DNA of 64,000 nucleotides from Trichoplax adhaerens (lineage: Eukaryota; Animalia; Placozoa): contig NW_002060951.1 in assembly GCF_000150275.1 (NCBI RefSeq), forward strand, positions 2,242,297 to 2,306,296, read 5' to 3'. Each line of letters opens with the position of its first letter. Position 1 is the stretch's first letter. Of the stretch, positions 14,600 through 27,777 are shown in pieces. Made by a program: the position numbers and the translations under genes. The notes under the pieces were generated by a model. The model did no database searches, was not told the DNA's origin, and saw only the letters and a program-made list of their open reading frames with translations.

Positions 14600-15714
14600 T
14601 TAATGAGATTTACAGCTAGCAGTAATTTCGTCCCAGTCAGGCCAAAATCTCGCTTTCATGCGATCAGAAAACGCAACAAGATTTGAAAATTCTTCCCTAA
14701 CCATCTTATTTGGCCAACTGTCTTCACTTAAGCCAGAAAGAATGTTTACGATAAAACCAAAAACACAGGCATCAATTGTTGTAGGATCGTTACCGAGGAA
14801 GAATTGCTTATTTCCTAAGGTGATAGAGAGGGCCATAAGATCACCTCTTGCAATATGTCGGATTTCTTCGGGGGAATGTCTTCCCATGCCGTGACCATAC
14901 ATACATTTTTTTACGTAAGGTATTATCATCAATTTAAAGACGTAGTACTTGAACCATGGTAGGGGCACACACTTGCCGAACCATTCAAAATCTTCGATAA
15001 AGCGATTATATACAATTACGGCCCTAAATGTTGTAGGTAAAAGTTTTGAGTTATCATAACGAATTAATACTGTACACTTGCGCGCATATTTACAAAACAG
15101 AAAAGCTATTCGTATTACAATAATCTGATTTTTACCACTCGTGCAGTGTGGCAATTATATAAATGGAATACTCCTAGATCAAACTGATCAGCTCGTACTT
15201 ATTACAGTGTTCTAAAAAACTTTATATCTTTAGAAATGGTACTAGAAATTGCTTACCATATCGTATTTTCCTCTACAGTCTTTAATATAAAACGAGCCAA
15301 TGCTTTTTGCTCGGCATCTAGGTGATCGTCAATTTGAACATTAAATCGTTCTGTTAAAAATTCCATTATAAACGTAGAATCACAGTAGCTTTTGCCATCC
15401 AACTCTATCCATGGCATCTTATTTTCTCTACCGAAGGGGTGTCTAAGATCATGTACAAATTCAATGTTAGCCATACGAAGAAATGTCTGGAGCTTTAACA
15501 CAAATGGTGACGGATTAACTATCACAGGGCAAGGTCCATCACCGTGAAGAACTACTAGACCCGGTTTTGCCAGTGGGCTCATATATTCTTTGCATTTATT
15601 CCTTGTAAAGCCATAGTAAGTTGCTAATGATGCCATACATGACATAGCTACTACAGTGGTACCTACTGGGTGATTTAGGACGTATTCAACAATTTGGGAT
15701 ACATCAAACGCCAT
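14600..15714 (-). CDS. FAXC: FAXC/metaxin-like GST, paralog 2 (inverted), about 293 aa
   Basis: Exons 15714-15257 and 15023-14600. The intron position and motifs match paralog 1 (SPFVLKLQTFLR, KMPWIELDG, GMGRHS, FWPDW). Confidence 0.9.
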
Positions 15715-16050
15715 CTATCTATGAGCTGTATTTAGTTTTAGTTTTAAGTGAAGATCAAATTACGCACACAGTTAAGTATACAGTATTACACTACACAGCA
15801 GTGTCCTGTATTTCACAGAGCACAGTAAATAAATAATAACTTAGATCTGCTCAATCTATTTTGGCTTGAGTATAAACTGCAATATATCGATCTGTTTCTT
15901 TCGTCAATACAATGTTCACTTGAGACCCTGTCACAGTAATAGTAATTAAAATTATGTAACAGTAAGCATTTAGATCATATTATATAGATTGTAATATGGA
16001 AAATTAAATGTGCCTATGGTTCTGTTAGAGCACAGTGCAGCAGTCAATAA

Positions 16051-16249
16051 GGCATGATTACAAGGGGGCATGATTAGAGCATGATCAGGGTGTGATTATA
16101 AAGCAATAAGAAAGGTGGGTATGATTACAAGACAACAAGAAACGTTTGTTCATTGGCCTAATTCCCACTTAACCGAAAAAATTAGGAAAATCATTAGGAC
16201 CAGATCAATGAGCAAGCGTTTCTTGTTGGCTTGTTCTGTAATCATGCCC
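16051..16249. repeat. Imperfect inverted repeat of about 40 bp plus short CATGATTA-like tandem units; possible MITE remnant
   Basis: 16117-16155 gggtatgattacaagacaacaagaaacgtttgttcattg is the near reverse complement of 16206-16249. Four (g)catgatta-like units precede it. Confidence 0.65.
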
Positions 16250-17202
16250 TAATCTAATTTTAGTAAAATTAAATAGTTTTTAATAAGTTATGCAGCAGCA
16301 AGCGCTCAGTTAAACTTATTTACAGATAAATTACTAGATAAATAAACGTCGAATAACTACGTTGGTTACACATCGCTGCTAGACAGCCAATCAGCACCTG
16401 CCTCGTTGGCACTAAACATGACATGTATGAAATTTCTCAAATTATTCTGAGCAAATCCAGTCAAGAATGTGCATAAAGTTATTATTATATTAATTTAAAG
16501 ATATGATCACGTTCGCTATTGCTTACTGCAAATGATCTAATACGAAATCATTACTTCATTTGAATGACTCTTGTTTTGTTTACGAATATACGTTAATACG
16601 TTATAAAATCATGTATTGTATATGAGTGCGGTAAACTGTATCTACTGCATTTTATTCGAACAGTTCAAATAGATTGCGTATTGCTACGTATTATCAATAT
16701 ACTGTACATATATCTCATAATTATACTTAATACAAGTAGTTATCATAATAATTTTAGACAGGGAAGAACATATATATTACAAGTCATATACATAACGCTA
16801 TAAAATTGACTAATCAATAAAATTAATTAATAAATGGTATAGTACTGTATATTGTACACTACCGTGCAACACTCGTAACTTTACATCATACGCTTACAAT
16901 ACGTACATGTGTGTGCATAGTAGTGATAGTACGCATTTTAAGAATGATGCAAAACCGATGATGTCATTATTATATAAACAATATGTATTGGCTTATAGCA
17001 TAGATATTTATTGAGAGCATTTCAAGATACTCCTCATATCCTTTTATTGCTGGTTTTATTCGAGCTCGCATCTTGTTATCTGCATTAACATCAGCAACAT
17101 CTATAAGTTAAGCTATTAGCTGCATCCATTTCATGTTCAAACTTTAATATACTCCTATAATAATCTTATTCCATTCCATCTACGAATCTACATCGTATAA
17201 AT

Positions 17203-18300
17203 ATGACATCAAATATAGATTACATTACAGATTTTCTTGGAAAGAACCCTTATCCAGTCATTGCCATTACTATTATTGGCATTGGAAGCTGCTACTTCTA
17301 TATAACAGGTGGTCGTAACTCCAAATCTAAATCATTTCCTAAAAGTCCGTTGGCTAAACCTGGTTTGGTTGTCCTTCACGGTGCTAACCCTGGCAGTTCA
17401 ATTGTCAATCCATCACCTTATGTGTTAAAGCTGCAAACATTTCTACGAATGGCAAAGATCGAATATGTATTTGATCGTAATAACCCTATGGGTAGAAAGG
17501 GGAAAATGCCTTGGATCGAGCTTGATGGAGATGCTTATTGCGATTCTACTTTTATAATTGAACATCTGACAAAAAAATTCAATGTATCTATTGACCGTAG
17601 CCTTAGCGAGCAGCAAAAAGCAGTGGCTCGAGTTATCCAGAAAACGATTGAAGAGAATACAATCTGGTACTACAAATTAAGCTGATTTTTTATGATGTTT
17701 ACGACCAGGCTCATTTAGAATGCATGGTAGTTATATTAATTAATTATTTTAATATATCTATGCGTGTAACATGTATGCTTATACATATGACGTAAACGTG
17801 TATATACGCATCTAGCTACAACTTTACATTTCATTGTATATATATATGTCATATTGTACAGTAATATTTGACTGTTAATTTATAGGGCTACAATAATTTA
17901 TAATCGCCTTATTGAGGAGGCTGACTGGTTTCTAAACATGATGAAATTTCCCTGGTTTGTTGGGGTAATATTCAAGTTATTCTTTGTTCCTCCAGTTAAG
18001 AAGAACTTGTACGGACATGGTATCGGCAGACACACACCCCAAGAGATTAGGCACATTGCCAGAGGCGATCTGGCAGCTCTGTCTGCCCTGCTTAAAGATA
18101 AATCGTTCTTTCTTGGTGATCAACCCACTACAATAGATGCGTGTGTTTTCTCCTTTACTGCTAATATTATATATGGGTTACGCCCTGGAAGCTGGCCAAA
18201 TGAAATGATCAAAAGCGAATTTCCGAATCTTGTAGCATTTACAAATCGTATGAAAGAGAATTATTGGCCTGATTGGGACGAAATTATTAGCAAAGCATAA
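17203..18300 (+). CDS. FAXC: FAXC/metaxin-like GST, paralog 3, about 292 aa
   Basis: Exons 17203-17666 and 17886-18300, with the same intron position and motifs as the other paralogs. Confidence 0.9.
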
Positions 18301-20064
18301 CGTTAGCTTGAAAAATTATCGTAAATTGCTATCATGAAGAGGACACTGCAGCTCTAAGATCAATTAATTATATGACCTTGAAAAAGCCTCATCCATATTT
18401 GTGTCACGGACTAGTACGAATGTACGGTTATACCGGTGCATATAGTAGTCCATGTTTGTGCAATTTTTAGTAATGTAGAAAAGTTGGTTAGTGAAGTGTG
18501 ATGTAGCTATGGACCACTACATGCTTTACCATAAAGCATCTACCGAGGTCCATGTTGTAGTAAGTATGCTATGCTACAGCTGTTTCTGATAAAGAAATGT
18601 TAATCTATGTATAATGTATGGCCGACTTATTTCAGATTACAATTATGTATAATTTGATCACCGGCTCCTTTATAGCTGAGGGCACTAAATTTTGAGAGCC
18701 ATTTTAAAATTCTTACTGACTGTGAATCTATGTTTAAAAATGTAACCAAGTTTAGCCCCATTTTGTATTAGACAAAATAATTTGTAAATTTTCTACTCGT
18801 GTATTAAAATAAAATTAATACGGTAGAGACAAGTTATGATTCTGGTCATGGTTAAATACACCTATCGGTACAACTGCTCATGATACTTGGCATACTCGTA
18901 CCATATTTAGTATAAAGCTAGAATAACGCACATAACCCACAGATCAATAGAAGTAGGTTTTCTTAACGTGGTCCGTGACTAATCACGTAAGCTAGACCAT
19001 GGACCACTAGAAATACTGTAGGAAGGCACTATCTGGCATGAGTTGCGGGTACACAGCCGTAAACTACAGTCTGTACTCTCAGTAGAGCTTAGCAACAGGC
19101 AATGCAATGGAACGTAAATTACTATGTATTAGTAAGTAATATTACTTACTTACTTTTAGAAAAAAATCAGTCAATTCAGAACCGACTGTCTTCATACTGA
19201 AGTCATAACGAGGTATATGACTTAATTTGTTGACGAAATAAGGCCAAGTGTCCGTCCGCCCGCAGGAGTGTCCATTGTCCATTCCTGTCTGAGCTTACGA
19301 AGTCAAAAAGTTTTGGCTGCTGTTATATGTAGTCAAAGGCAATTTGTGAAATTATAGCAATACTATCTGTAAAGAAGAAGCTCAAAATCATTTACCTGTT
19401 CGTTAGTCTGCATTTAACTTTAAGGATCGAGGATTCAGGTATGAAGTGATTTATACATACTGTACTGTATAGTATAATTTGTTTTTTAATTCCGTACCGT
19501 ATCATTGGACTATTTTATAGCTCACCAGTATTCACATTACTCAAATTCTACTAGTATCAGCAATGCAGAGTCCTATTGACACCTGTTAACAACTGCATAA
19601 GTGCATTGTTGATCGTGGAGATTACGACAGTCTCTAGCTCTTGAGATTGTTGTAAGTAATGTTGGAAATGATTCAGCACTGTTCTAATAATAAAGCAAAA
19701 GGATTAACTGCGAAGCTGTGTGCAATAAGATCTATAAAACACGCAATGCATGTACTGTACGCATGGTGTAATGAGAGTTCCACTCATTGCATTTTTCGTA
19801 CGCGTACAAGTTAAATTAAATTTTATTTTAATTTTACTTCAATATTCGTATTTATTGTGCTAGGTTAATACGGGCGTTCTAACAGTGTTTGTAACCGGCA
19901 GACGGTAACCAGAATACGACTCATCATTATTTATTGGCCTACGGAAGTCAGGTGTTGAGTGTCTTCAGTACTATACACCCTTGGGAGATCTTGCATTGGG
20001 TATTCTGATATACTGTAATAAGTTAACACTAAATATAATAATATTTAAAAGCATAGCCGGCATT

Positions 20065-20105
20065 ACTGTACTGTACAGTGTACACTACCTGAGACACTAC
20101 AGTAC
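20065..20105. repeat. Short TACAG/TACTG array just upstream of FAXC-4
   Basis: tactgtactgtacagtgtacactac...tacagtac lies about 20-60 bp before the ATG at 20127. Confidence 0.7.
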
Positions 20106-20126
20106 TCAACAATAAAGTTAAACAAG

Positions 20127-21613
20127 ATGAACTTTGACCTGTCGTCGCCCATAAATTTCGCCAGCAGCAATCCGATTGCAGTGGGATCTTTAATAGTTTT
20201 ATGTGTCGGAGGTTATTTATACATGAGCAAAAAAAAGCCAAAATCATTCCCTAAAAGTGCCTTAGCTAAGCCAGGGTTAGTCGTCCTTCATGGCGCTGGA
20301 GCTGGGAGTACTGTAGTCAATCCATCACCGTTCGTCTTGAAGTTACAAACCTTTTTACGAATGGCTAACATCGAATTTGTCCACGATTTGAAAAATCCGT
20401 GTGGTAGAAAAAATAAGATGCCATGGATTGAGCTTGATGGAGAAGACTACTGTGATTCTACATTTATCATTGAGTTTTTAACGGAAAGATTTAACGTTCA
20501 AATTGATAGCCATCTAAGCGACGAACAAAAGGCCGTAGCTCGAGTTATTCAGAAGACCGTTGAAGAGAATACAGTATGGTAAGTTAATTTTTTTATTATA
20601 CAGTTGACTTCAACCGCGATCGCTTGCTATAATTATATAATCCGTGTAAGTATATACAGTATTTTATGTAATGTAAAGCGTACTATCTGCAAGCCTTTAG
20701 TCTGTGTATTGGAGATACGCAAGCTACGAATTCTAGATTGAATTCAAACAGAGTGACTTGTTGTACCTTAGGACAACATCATTAGAGGCTTTACATCTAT
20801 ACATCTAATTAACTTCAGGCTTATTCTAAAATTAAACAAGCTTGTAACGAATCGGCATAGTTTACTTTACTACAGCTTGTATTATTTCCAACCATATTAA
20901 CTAACGATGCTGCACGCGTTAAATATTACCTGTAAATGAACCTAATGTAGCGGCTATAACGATAGTGATACGAAAAACAGGTTTCAATCGAATTAAGATA
21001 AAATTGTATTGGCAATAAAGTAGGCAAATTTTTAATATGTTATAATGTAATGCAATTATTTTTGAGTCTACGACAGTCCCTATCTTAAAATGGCGATCTA
21101 TTGTATGTCTATTTGGTCTTAAATTTCTAATAGCCAACTGTAGTAGTGGATCCGTAATAATTTTATCATTGATTATATAACTATAGGGCTGCAATCATCT
21201 ATAATCGTTGGATTCAAGATACCGATTATTTCCGTCAGATGATGAAGCTCTCCTGGTTTGTTGGCCGGATATTAAAGATGGCTGTTGTACCTGCAATTAA
21301 GAAAAGCATGTACGGCCATGGAATTGGTAGGCATTCCGCAGAAGAGATTCAGCACATAGCTAGAGGTGACATTAAAGCGCTCTCGGATCTGCTTAAGGAC
21401 AAGCAGTTTTTTTTTGGTGATAAACCGACTACAATCGATGCTTGTGTGTTTGCTTTTCTTGCCAATGTTCTTCATGGTTTGCGTAAAGATAGTTGGCCGG
21501 CTGAAATGGTAAGGAACGAATTTCCTAATCTTGCAACTTACTTTGAACGCATAAAAGAGAATGTTTGGCCAGACTGGGATGAAATCGTTAGTAAAGCTGG
21601 CTCGAAAAAATAA
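20127..21613 (+). CDS. FAXC: FAXC/metaxin-like GST, paralog 4, about 292 aa
   Basis: Exons 20127-20578 and 21187-21613, with the same intron position and motifs as the other paralogs. Confidence 0.9.
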
Positions 21614-21826
21614 GATCAAGTATTATATAGTAACAACTTTATACTTTGTAGTTTTAGTGATTCATAAGATTATAACTTTGCTTTTATAAAGGCAGCGATA
21701 AAAGATATAGATATATTTAATGAATCTGTTACTCATTTAAAAAATTGGATTAGACTAGTAAACTACCATATTCTATTTTTACGAAATTGCTGACGCGTAT
21801 AAAAAGCAGGAATTCAACTGCGACAC

Positions 21827-22078
21827 TATTCGATAATAGGCAAGTTCTTATGGGATTTATCGGACTGTTTTATATGGTAGAGCAACTATAAGGGACTAAC
21901 CATCCTTTTTTGCTATTACTTACGTAATGCTCTACACTTAATTCGTTGCTTATACAATATTCGATAGTAGACAAATTTTTATGAAATTTATCGAACCGTT
22001 TTATGTGGTAGAGCAACTAGAAGGGCTAAACATCCTTTGCTTTTACTTACGTAATATTGTATACTTAATTCGTTGCTA
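21827..22078. repeat. Diverged tandem duplication, 2 copies of about 125-130 bp
   Basis: Units 21827-21957 and 21958-22078 share tattcgata..., tggtagagcaacta, catcctt, ttacttacgtaat and cttaattcgttgct in the same order. Confidence 0.85.
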
Positions 22079-23094
22079 AGAAATACTGATGTACCTCGAT
22101 ATATTATTATTTACGGTCCAGTATTTGACGTCTCCCAAGCTAAGCGTCTGATACAAGCCGCAGCTTATATGGCTCTTTAAGAAAATAACACAATAAAGTC
22201 AATATAATTTTAATATTTAGCTTCCAAAATAACTATTCAATGATGCTTAGACATATCTTAGTGGAAGCGTTGCTATTTCCAATTGTTTTACTCCATTGAT
22301 CTGCAGAACGAAGGTTTGCATGAGTTTTATCTTTCGTACTGGATTCGCGAATACATAATTATTAAATCACCTTAACATAACCATTACCGCAACTCTTGCA
22401 AATAACGCTATGAAAATGTCTTGGAATTTTTTTTCATGATGGCTTGAGCTGCCGCCTGCATAATTTATAATCGTATTACTCTTATACTCGTACATGTATG
22501 TCAGCAATTCAAGTTAAAGCTTGACGAATTATAAATACTATTTCATTCTCCTTTCATTTAAATATAAATGTTGTTAATATGAGAGAATGATCTTTGATAT
22601 TATTATAGTTTTGTTTCTCAAAGAGTATTTATCATTACTATTAGCTACCGTTATTGCAGAGCCGAGAGGATTTGACCGGTCTAAATTTGCAGTGATAGTG
22701 TAACATCCAAGATCCCGTGATCTTTACAAGTAATTAATTATTCACTGAAGACTACATGGAAAATTCAAGAAAAACAACAACATAGATTTGCAATTTGAGA
22801 ACTGTGCACAAGAGGGGGAAGACTAAGAGTTAAAGAATCACCAAGAGTTCATATTATTCACGCAATCCCTTAAAATTTAGACGTACTAAGAATAACTATA
22901 CTCATTTAGTAGTAGCAAGCATTTCTCCTACGCAAGTTAGTTTAATCTCTTTGCTAAGTTCTAATTGGAGTACTGTATAGTCTCTTAAAAATTATTCAGC
23001 TTTACATTCTTATAATTCTTATTACACTTTGATTCACACTCGTGATTTTAGGATACCTTAAAGTACAGTACTCTGATTCGAACTGGTTCACACT

Positions 23095-23235
23095 CAGTAC
23101 GATACAGTACAGTACTGTACAGTAATTCATGGATGTACACTTGTACAGTACGTACTGTACTGTACTGAAAGAGAAGACAAGCTGCTACGCAAGCGTAGCA
23201 GCTTGTCTTCTCTTTCAGTACAAGCGTAGCAGCTT
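23095..23235. repeat. TACAG/TACTG array followed by a perfect 30-bp hairpin, upstream of GLT1D1
   Basis: The array spans about 23095-23166. 23161-23190 is the exact reverse complement of 23193-23222, with a 2-nt loop. Confidence 0.9.
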
Positions 23236-23588
23236 TGATTGATTGAATTTGAGGGTGTTGTCGATTGTGTTACCTAGATTCATTCGGTTCATCAAAGATT
23301 GCATATGAATTAGGCACTGTGCAAAGTTAGTTGTCACCCCATGAACCGTTTCTTCTTTAATAGCTTAGTAAAAGACAAAGTAAAGATGAAAATAACATGA
23401 CAATTCATTTTGCACACTACTGGAGATTACCAAACTTGCGGCCTGGTTAGATTAGACACTCAGTTAATTTGCAGCTGTTACCCGTCGGCGCTGTTATTAA
23501 CAATACTGCTGTAGGCAGCAGATGAGTTAATAACTATCTATAACTATATAATTTCTGGTAAAAAGTAATTTCATTTTTCTTATTGACG

Positions 23589-26500
23589 ATGCCTTCTGTC
23601 TTGCTGTTATACAGCTCGAAGGGAAAGGAGTGCGGAAATTCATCAACTTCTGAAAGGTTGAGGTAATAAGGAAATTAAGATATTTACAATGAATATCTTA
23701 CACGTACGTTAACGTTAAACTACCTCAGTATTACTAATGATAATTGTGTGTGTATTTACTATTACTTTCACAAGCGTTTATCTACTAATAATATATGGAT
23801 ATTTATCATTGACAGTTGATTGAATGTAAAGCATTAGGATCTGTCGTAAATTTCTTGATATTCTACGTACAGTACTATACGTAGAGCTAAGAAAGGTTCG
23901 GTTATAACTAATTAGATTATTCAGTTTTAGTTGTCTTAGGTATTTCGTTTATAAATTCAATGTAGGGGTTATGAATGATCATACTAAGATAGTGCATACT
24001 GTACAGAACAGTGTATAGTATCTTAGTATGATCATGCACTGAAATAGAATCTAATCTAATAGCACCTCAAAATTATTTCACGAAAACTCTTGAAATCTTA
24101 ACAATAATATTATCATTCAATGAGGCTGATCATCACTTTGTGATTCTGTGCTATATTGTTGTAATTGCTGATAGATTATAATTATAGAACAGACTTAAAA
24201 ATCACTAGACCATTAATGTAGTAAAAATAGGTAGAACATTAGTCTGTATTCCAGGGTCATTCTGAGTAACATGTCTTCTTGTATTGGAGAAATTTACCTA
24301 GCCAATAAATCGTCGAGTCTCTAGAAATTGACTTGTTGTGTATTCTCTAAATCCGTATTTTAGATATACTGTACTTTACTGTACATTGATGAATTATAAT
24401 GGCTCATTTAGAAAATTTGTTTGTATTCACTTTCGCCTATGTTTTAACTAGGAAATTCTAGTAGACCGTGGTTTTAGACACGCATTGATGAATTATAATA
24501 TCTGCTTATTTAGGAAACTTTTAAACCATGCAGGAATCGGATGCACATGTAAACAAATCGCTGACTTTACTGGTGCACCATCACTAAACAATTACCTCCA
24601 AGGAAATCATTTTAATTGTGTTATTGGCATTCATGCTTATCGAACTGGCAATTTGTTGATTAGTAAGCCAAACTACGAAAGAATCCTTATTGTAACTATC
24701 GTATTATACTGTAAAGGAATAAATAATGAACTGTTCGCCGTGTCTGAGAGTAGACGTATTAAAAGCCAGAAAGATAATAAGCTTATATATAATTTGTTGT
24801 TGTGACTATAAAATACTACAGTTCCATTTCGAATCCAAATAATATCGATTAACTCTATTGAAATTTTAATGTAATCCTACTTACAATAATTGATTGATCA
24901 CTCTAAGTAATGATACAGGTAAAGATTCTGAGTTAACTAATAGCGCTAGTAGCTTGCCAATGTATTCCTAATATTTTTGACAAGCACGCACAATTACGTC
25001 TACTTTCTTCTAGGCTGCTGCCTACCATATGCCATAGTTTTTGCAGGTACTGACCTGAACACGCACATTCACGATGCTAAGAAAATGCCTATTATCACTG
25101 AAGCCGTTCTTGGGGCTAGGTACTAATAAATTGTAATTAATTTGTGATATAACTGATGTTAGTATGAAATCTAACCTCGAGAAATTAACTAAACTTTCAG
25201 AATCATTCCTTTTCATATTGCATGCACTTTTTTTGATATATTTTTTACAAGGTATTTAGTTAGTACATATATTTAGTCAGAATTGTACAGCTATTCGTAT
25301 ATCAATAAAATTGAGCTACTTTCGGTTTGTATTCTTGTGGATTACTGTTAGTGCAGTATAAATATATTAAAAAACAGATTATTGATTGATAGGATATTAT
25401 TTCCGATATTACATAAGAGAATTACTCAGTTTATTTTTGTCTACTACAGATACTTAATTGCGTTTACCCGCTCTCATTTTAATCTAGCTATGGCTCAATG
25501 GGTGAGAGGATAAAATAAGTTTTCTTATATAACCTTAAAAATATTGCAATCTAAACAAATGTTATATATATTTGTACCATGATATATTTTCTGATCCCGG
25601 AATATGTAGCCAACACAAATAAATAACATTATTAAACAACCACAAAGTAAGACATAGCCTAGTAATACTAACGTAATGTAGATGATTAAAATTTAAATAT
25701 TCATTTCTTATAACTGTGTAAAGACTACAGTCTTAATTGATTCCCTACTCCCAGTAATATTTCCATAAACCCTTTTTTACATCTACCTTCAAGGTGTTGT
25801 TACAAACCCACAAAATACGTTTTCTTTTAAAGCCCATTTACAAGAGAAATTGGGTAAGTAACCTTTAAGACAATGGATCTTAATAGAACATTTAATCATG
25901 TTTCTATAAATATTACAATATTATATTTGCTTCCTGCTATAATTTTTTGCTCGGTTCTGATAATGTACCAAACTCATCCTTTAGCTGGAATTTTTTAAGT
26001 TTGATAACAATAAATCAGTTATCAATGGAATGTTACTCGCTTATAAACAGTCCGTCACCACCGCATTAATTTTGAATTTTCTTCCTAGGCATGCAAGAAC
26101 AAAATCTACAAAACATCGTAAGATTAATCGAGTACTAAGTCACATTGTAATAGTCTCTCAGTGTTATGAATACTATAATTAGTGGTGAATATTTAATAAC
26201 AAAAATACCGATAAAGTTTCTGTTGCAACCTGAATGAGAGATATAGACTTATAAAACAACGGACTATCATCAACTACCATGCCCAATATGCAATTTTGCA
26301 TGATTTTAACCAAGTTGAAAATTTTCAATCCTGTATAGACTATCTTTCTATTAGTTGCTGGCATACGACCAATAAAAGATCCTCTATTCTTAGCTGATGC
26401 TGTTTCAGGTTATTTAAATAGTAACTTGTTGCACGATTGTTAGAAGCTAATTTTAGAATATCCTATCTCGACACTTTACAGAATGGCATCGGAAAGATCC

Positions 26501-27332
26501 GTCAATTTATCTCGTTATAATAGGACCTGAGGTAATAAACTTGTTATTTTGTGCTGCTATTTTTGAGTATAACATTTATTACCAGTACAACAGCTAAATA
26601 GATGTACTTCGAGTCTAGATCGATACGGAATTCTCTTATAAGATGAAAGAAAATCTTTTACGGTATAGATAGAAATATAGTGCTAACGAAAACATCGATT
26701 TATATTTTTATATGCATTTTAATTTTGTTGCTTCTGTTCTGAACCTATGTAAATTTTTAGATATACTGGAGTTTATTATGTAGACTCAATTCCTCAACCA
26801 AAATTACATATGGCCTTGAGACAGTGTACAGCGTTAGTTAATTCTTCAATAAATGAAGGAATGTGTGGAGTGATCTTAGAGGTACTTCATAGTTTTTCAG
26901 GGTACAATTAAAATATCCCAGGAATTATTAGGATCTACTTTGCCTTAAAATTATAATGAAATACTTAACATTAATTTAACCAAATAATTTCATAGGCTAT
27001 GAATCTCGGTACCCCAGTAATTGCTCGAAGAAATGCGGGAAATTGCGAAATTGTTGATCATCTTAAAACAGGGTTATTATTTAATACACCAGAGGTAATA
27101 TTCCCAATCTAACAAGTATAATTTGTATAACATTAAACATATGATGTAATCTTCTCTCTTTATGAAATTGTAGGAATTTATAGGTTTAGCAAAATATCTA
27201 TTGTCTTCACATCAACTAAGAGATGCTTTAGTCAGACACGCTGTTAATTATGTTGAAGCAGAGCATTCTTTATCCGAAGAGATGGAGACTTACTGTAATA
27301 TCGTTCATACTATATCCGGTAAAGGCTTATAG
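23589..27332 (+). CDS. GLT1D1: Glycosyltransferase 1 domain-containing protein 1 (GT4 family), about 13 exons
   Basis: The spliced product reads MPSVLLLY..CGNSSTSERLRKLL..GIHAYRTG..PYAIVFAGTDLN..YLIAFT..IFLLVAGIRPIKDPLFL..EWHRKDP..VIIGPE..LVNSSINEGMCGVILEAMNLGTPVIARRNAGN..TGLLFNTPEEF. It is colinear with human GLT1D1 and carries the GT4 E-x7-E motif. Confidence 0.92.
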
Positions 27333-27777
27333 TTACAGATTTACACTGCCTATAACGAATGAATAACCTGCTACATTATTTAGCTTTATAGCAATGACAT
27401 GACTCGGGCATGTAAGTTAGTATCTTTGTATACATACAGTAATATATTTTGGTCAGTAATATCTTATCAAGAATGTGGTTACTATCCAATATTTATATTG
27501 TACTTCATTCATGTTTTTATCTATAAAATTTAAGCAACTTATAGCTCCTTATGCTTTATTACGATAACACACTGTATTGAGACAGTGTACGTATAAGAGC
27601 AACCCAGAGTTTTACAGAGCAAATATATATATATTTTTATTGATACACTGCATTCATTGGTATTTAAACATTTATTATGATACAATGTTATATGGAGTAA
27701 AATAGGTAACGGAACTAACATAAAAATACACATTATGTGCTTCTCTTAATTTAAACGCTGTACACTATCAGAATGTG

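Noticed and set aside
17667-17685. FAXC-3 as a truncated pseudogene ending WYYKLS*
   Set aside because: A GT donor at the conserved intron position splices in frame to the intact exon at 17886.
11680-21619. Antisense ORFs over FAXC exons (11680-11910, 14658-14894, 21272-21619)
   Set aside because: These are shadow frames of real coding exons. Their similarity to each other simply mirrors the paralogy.
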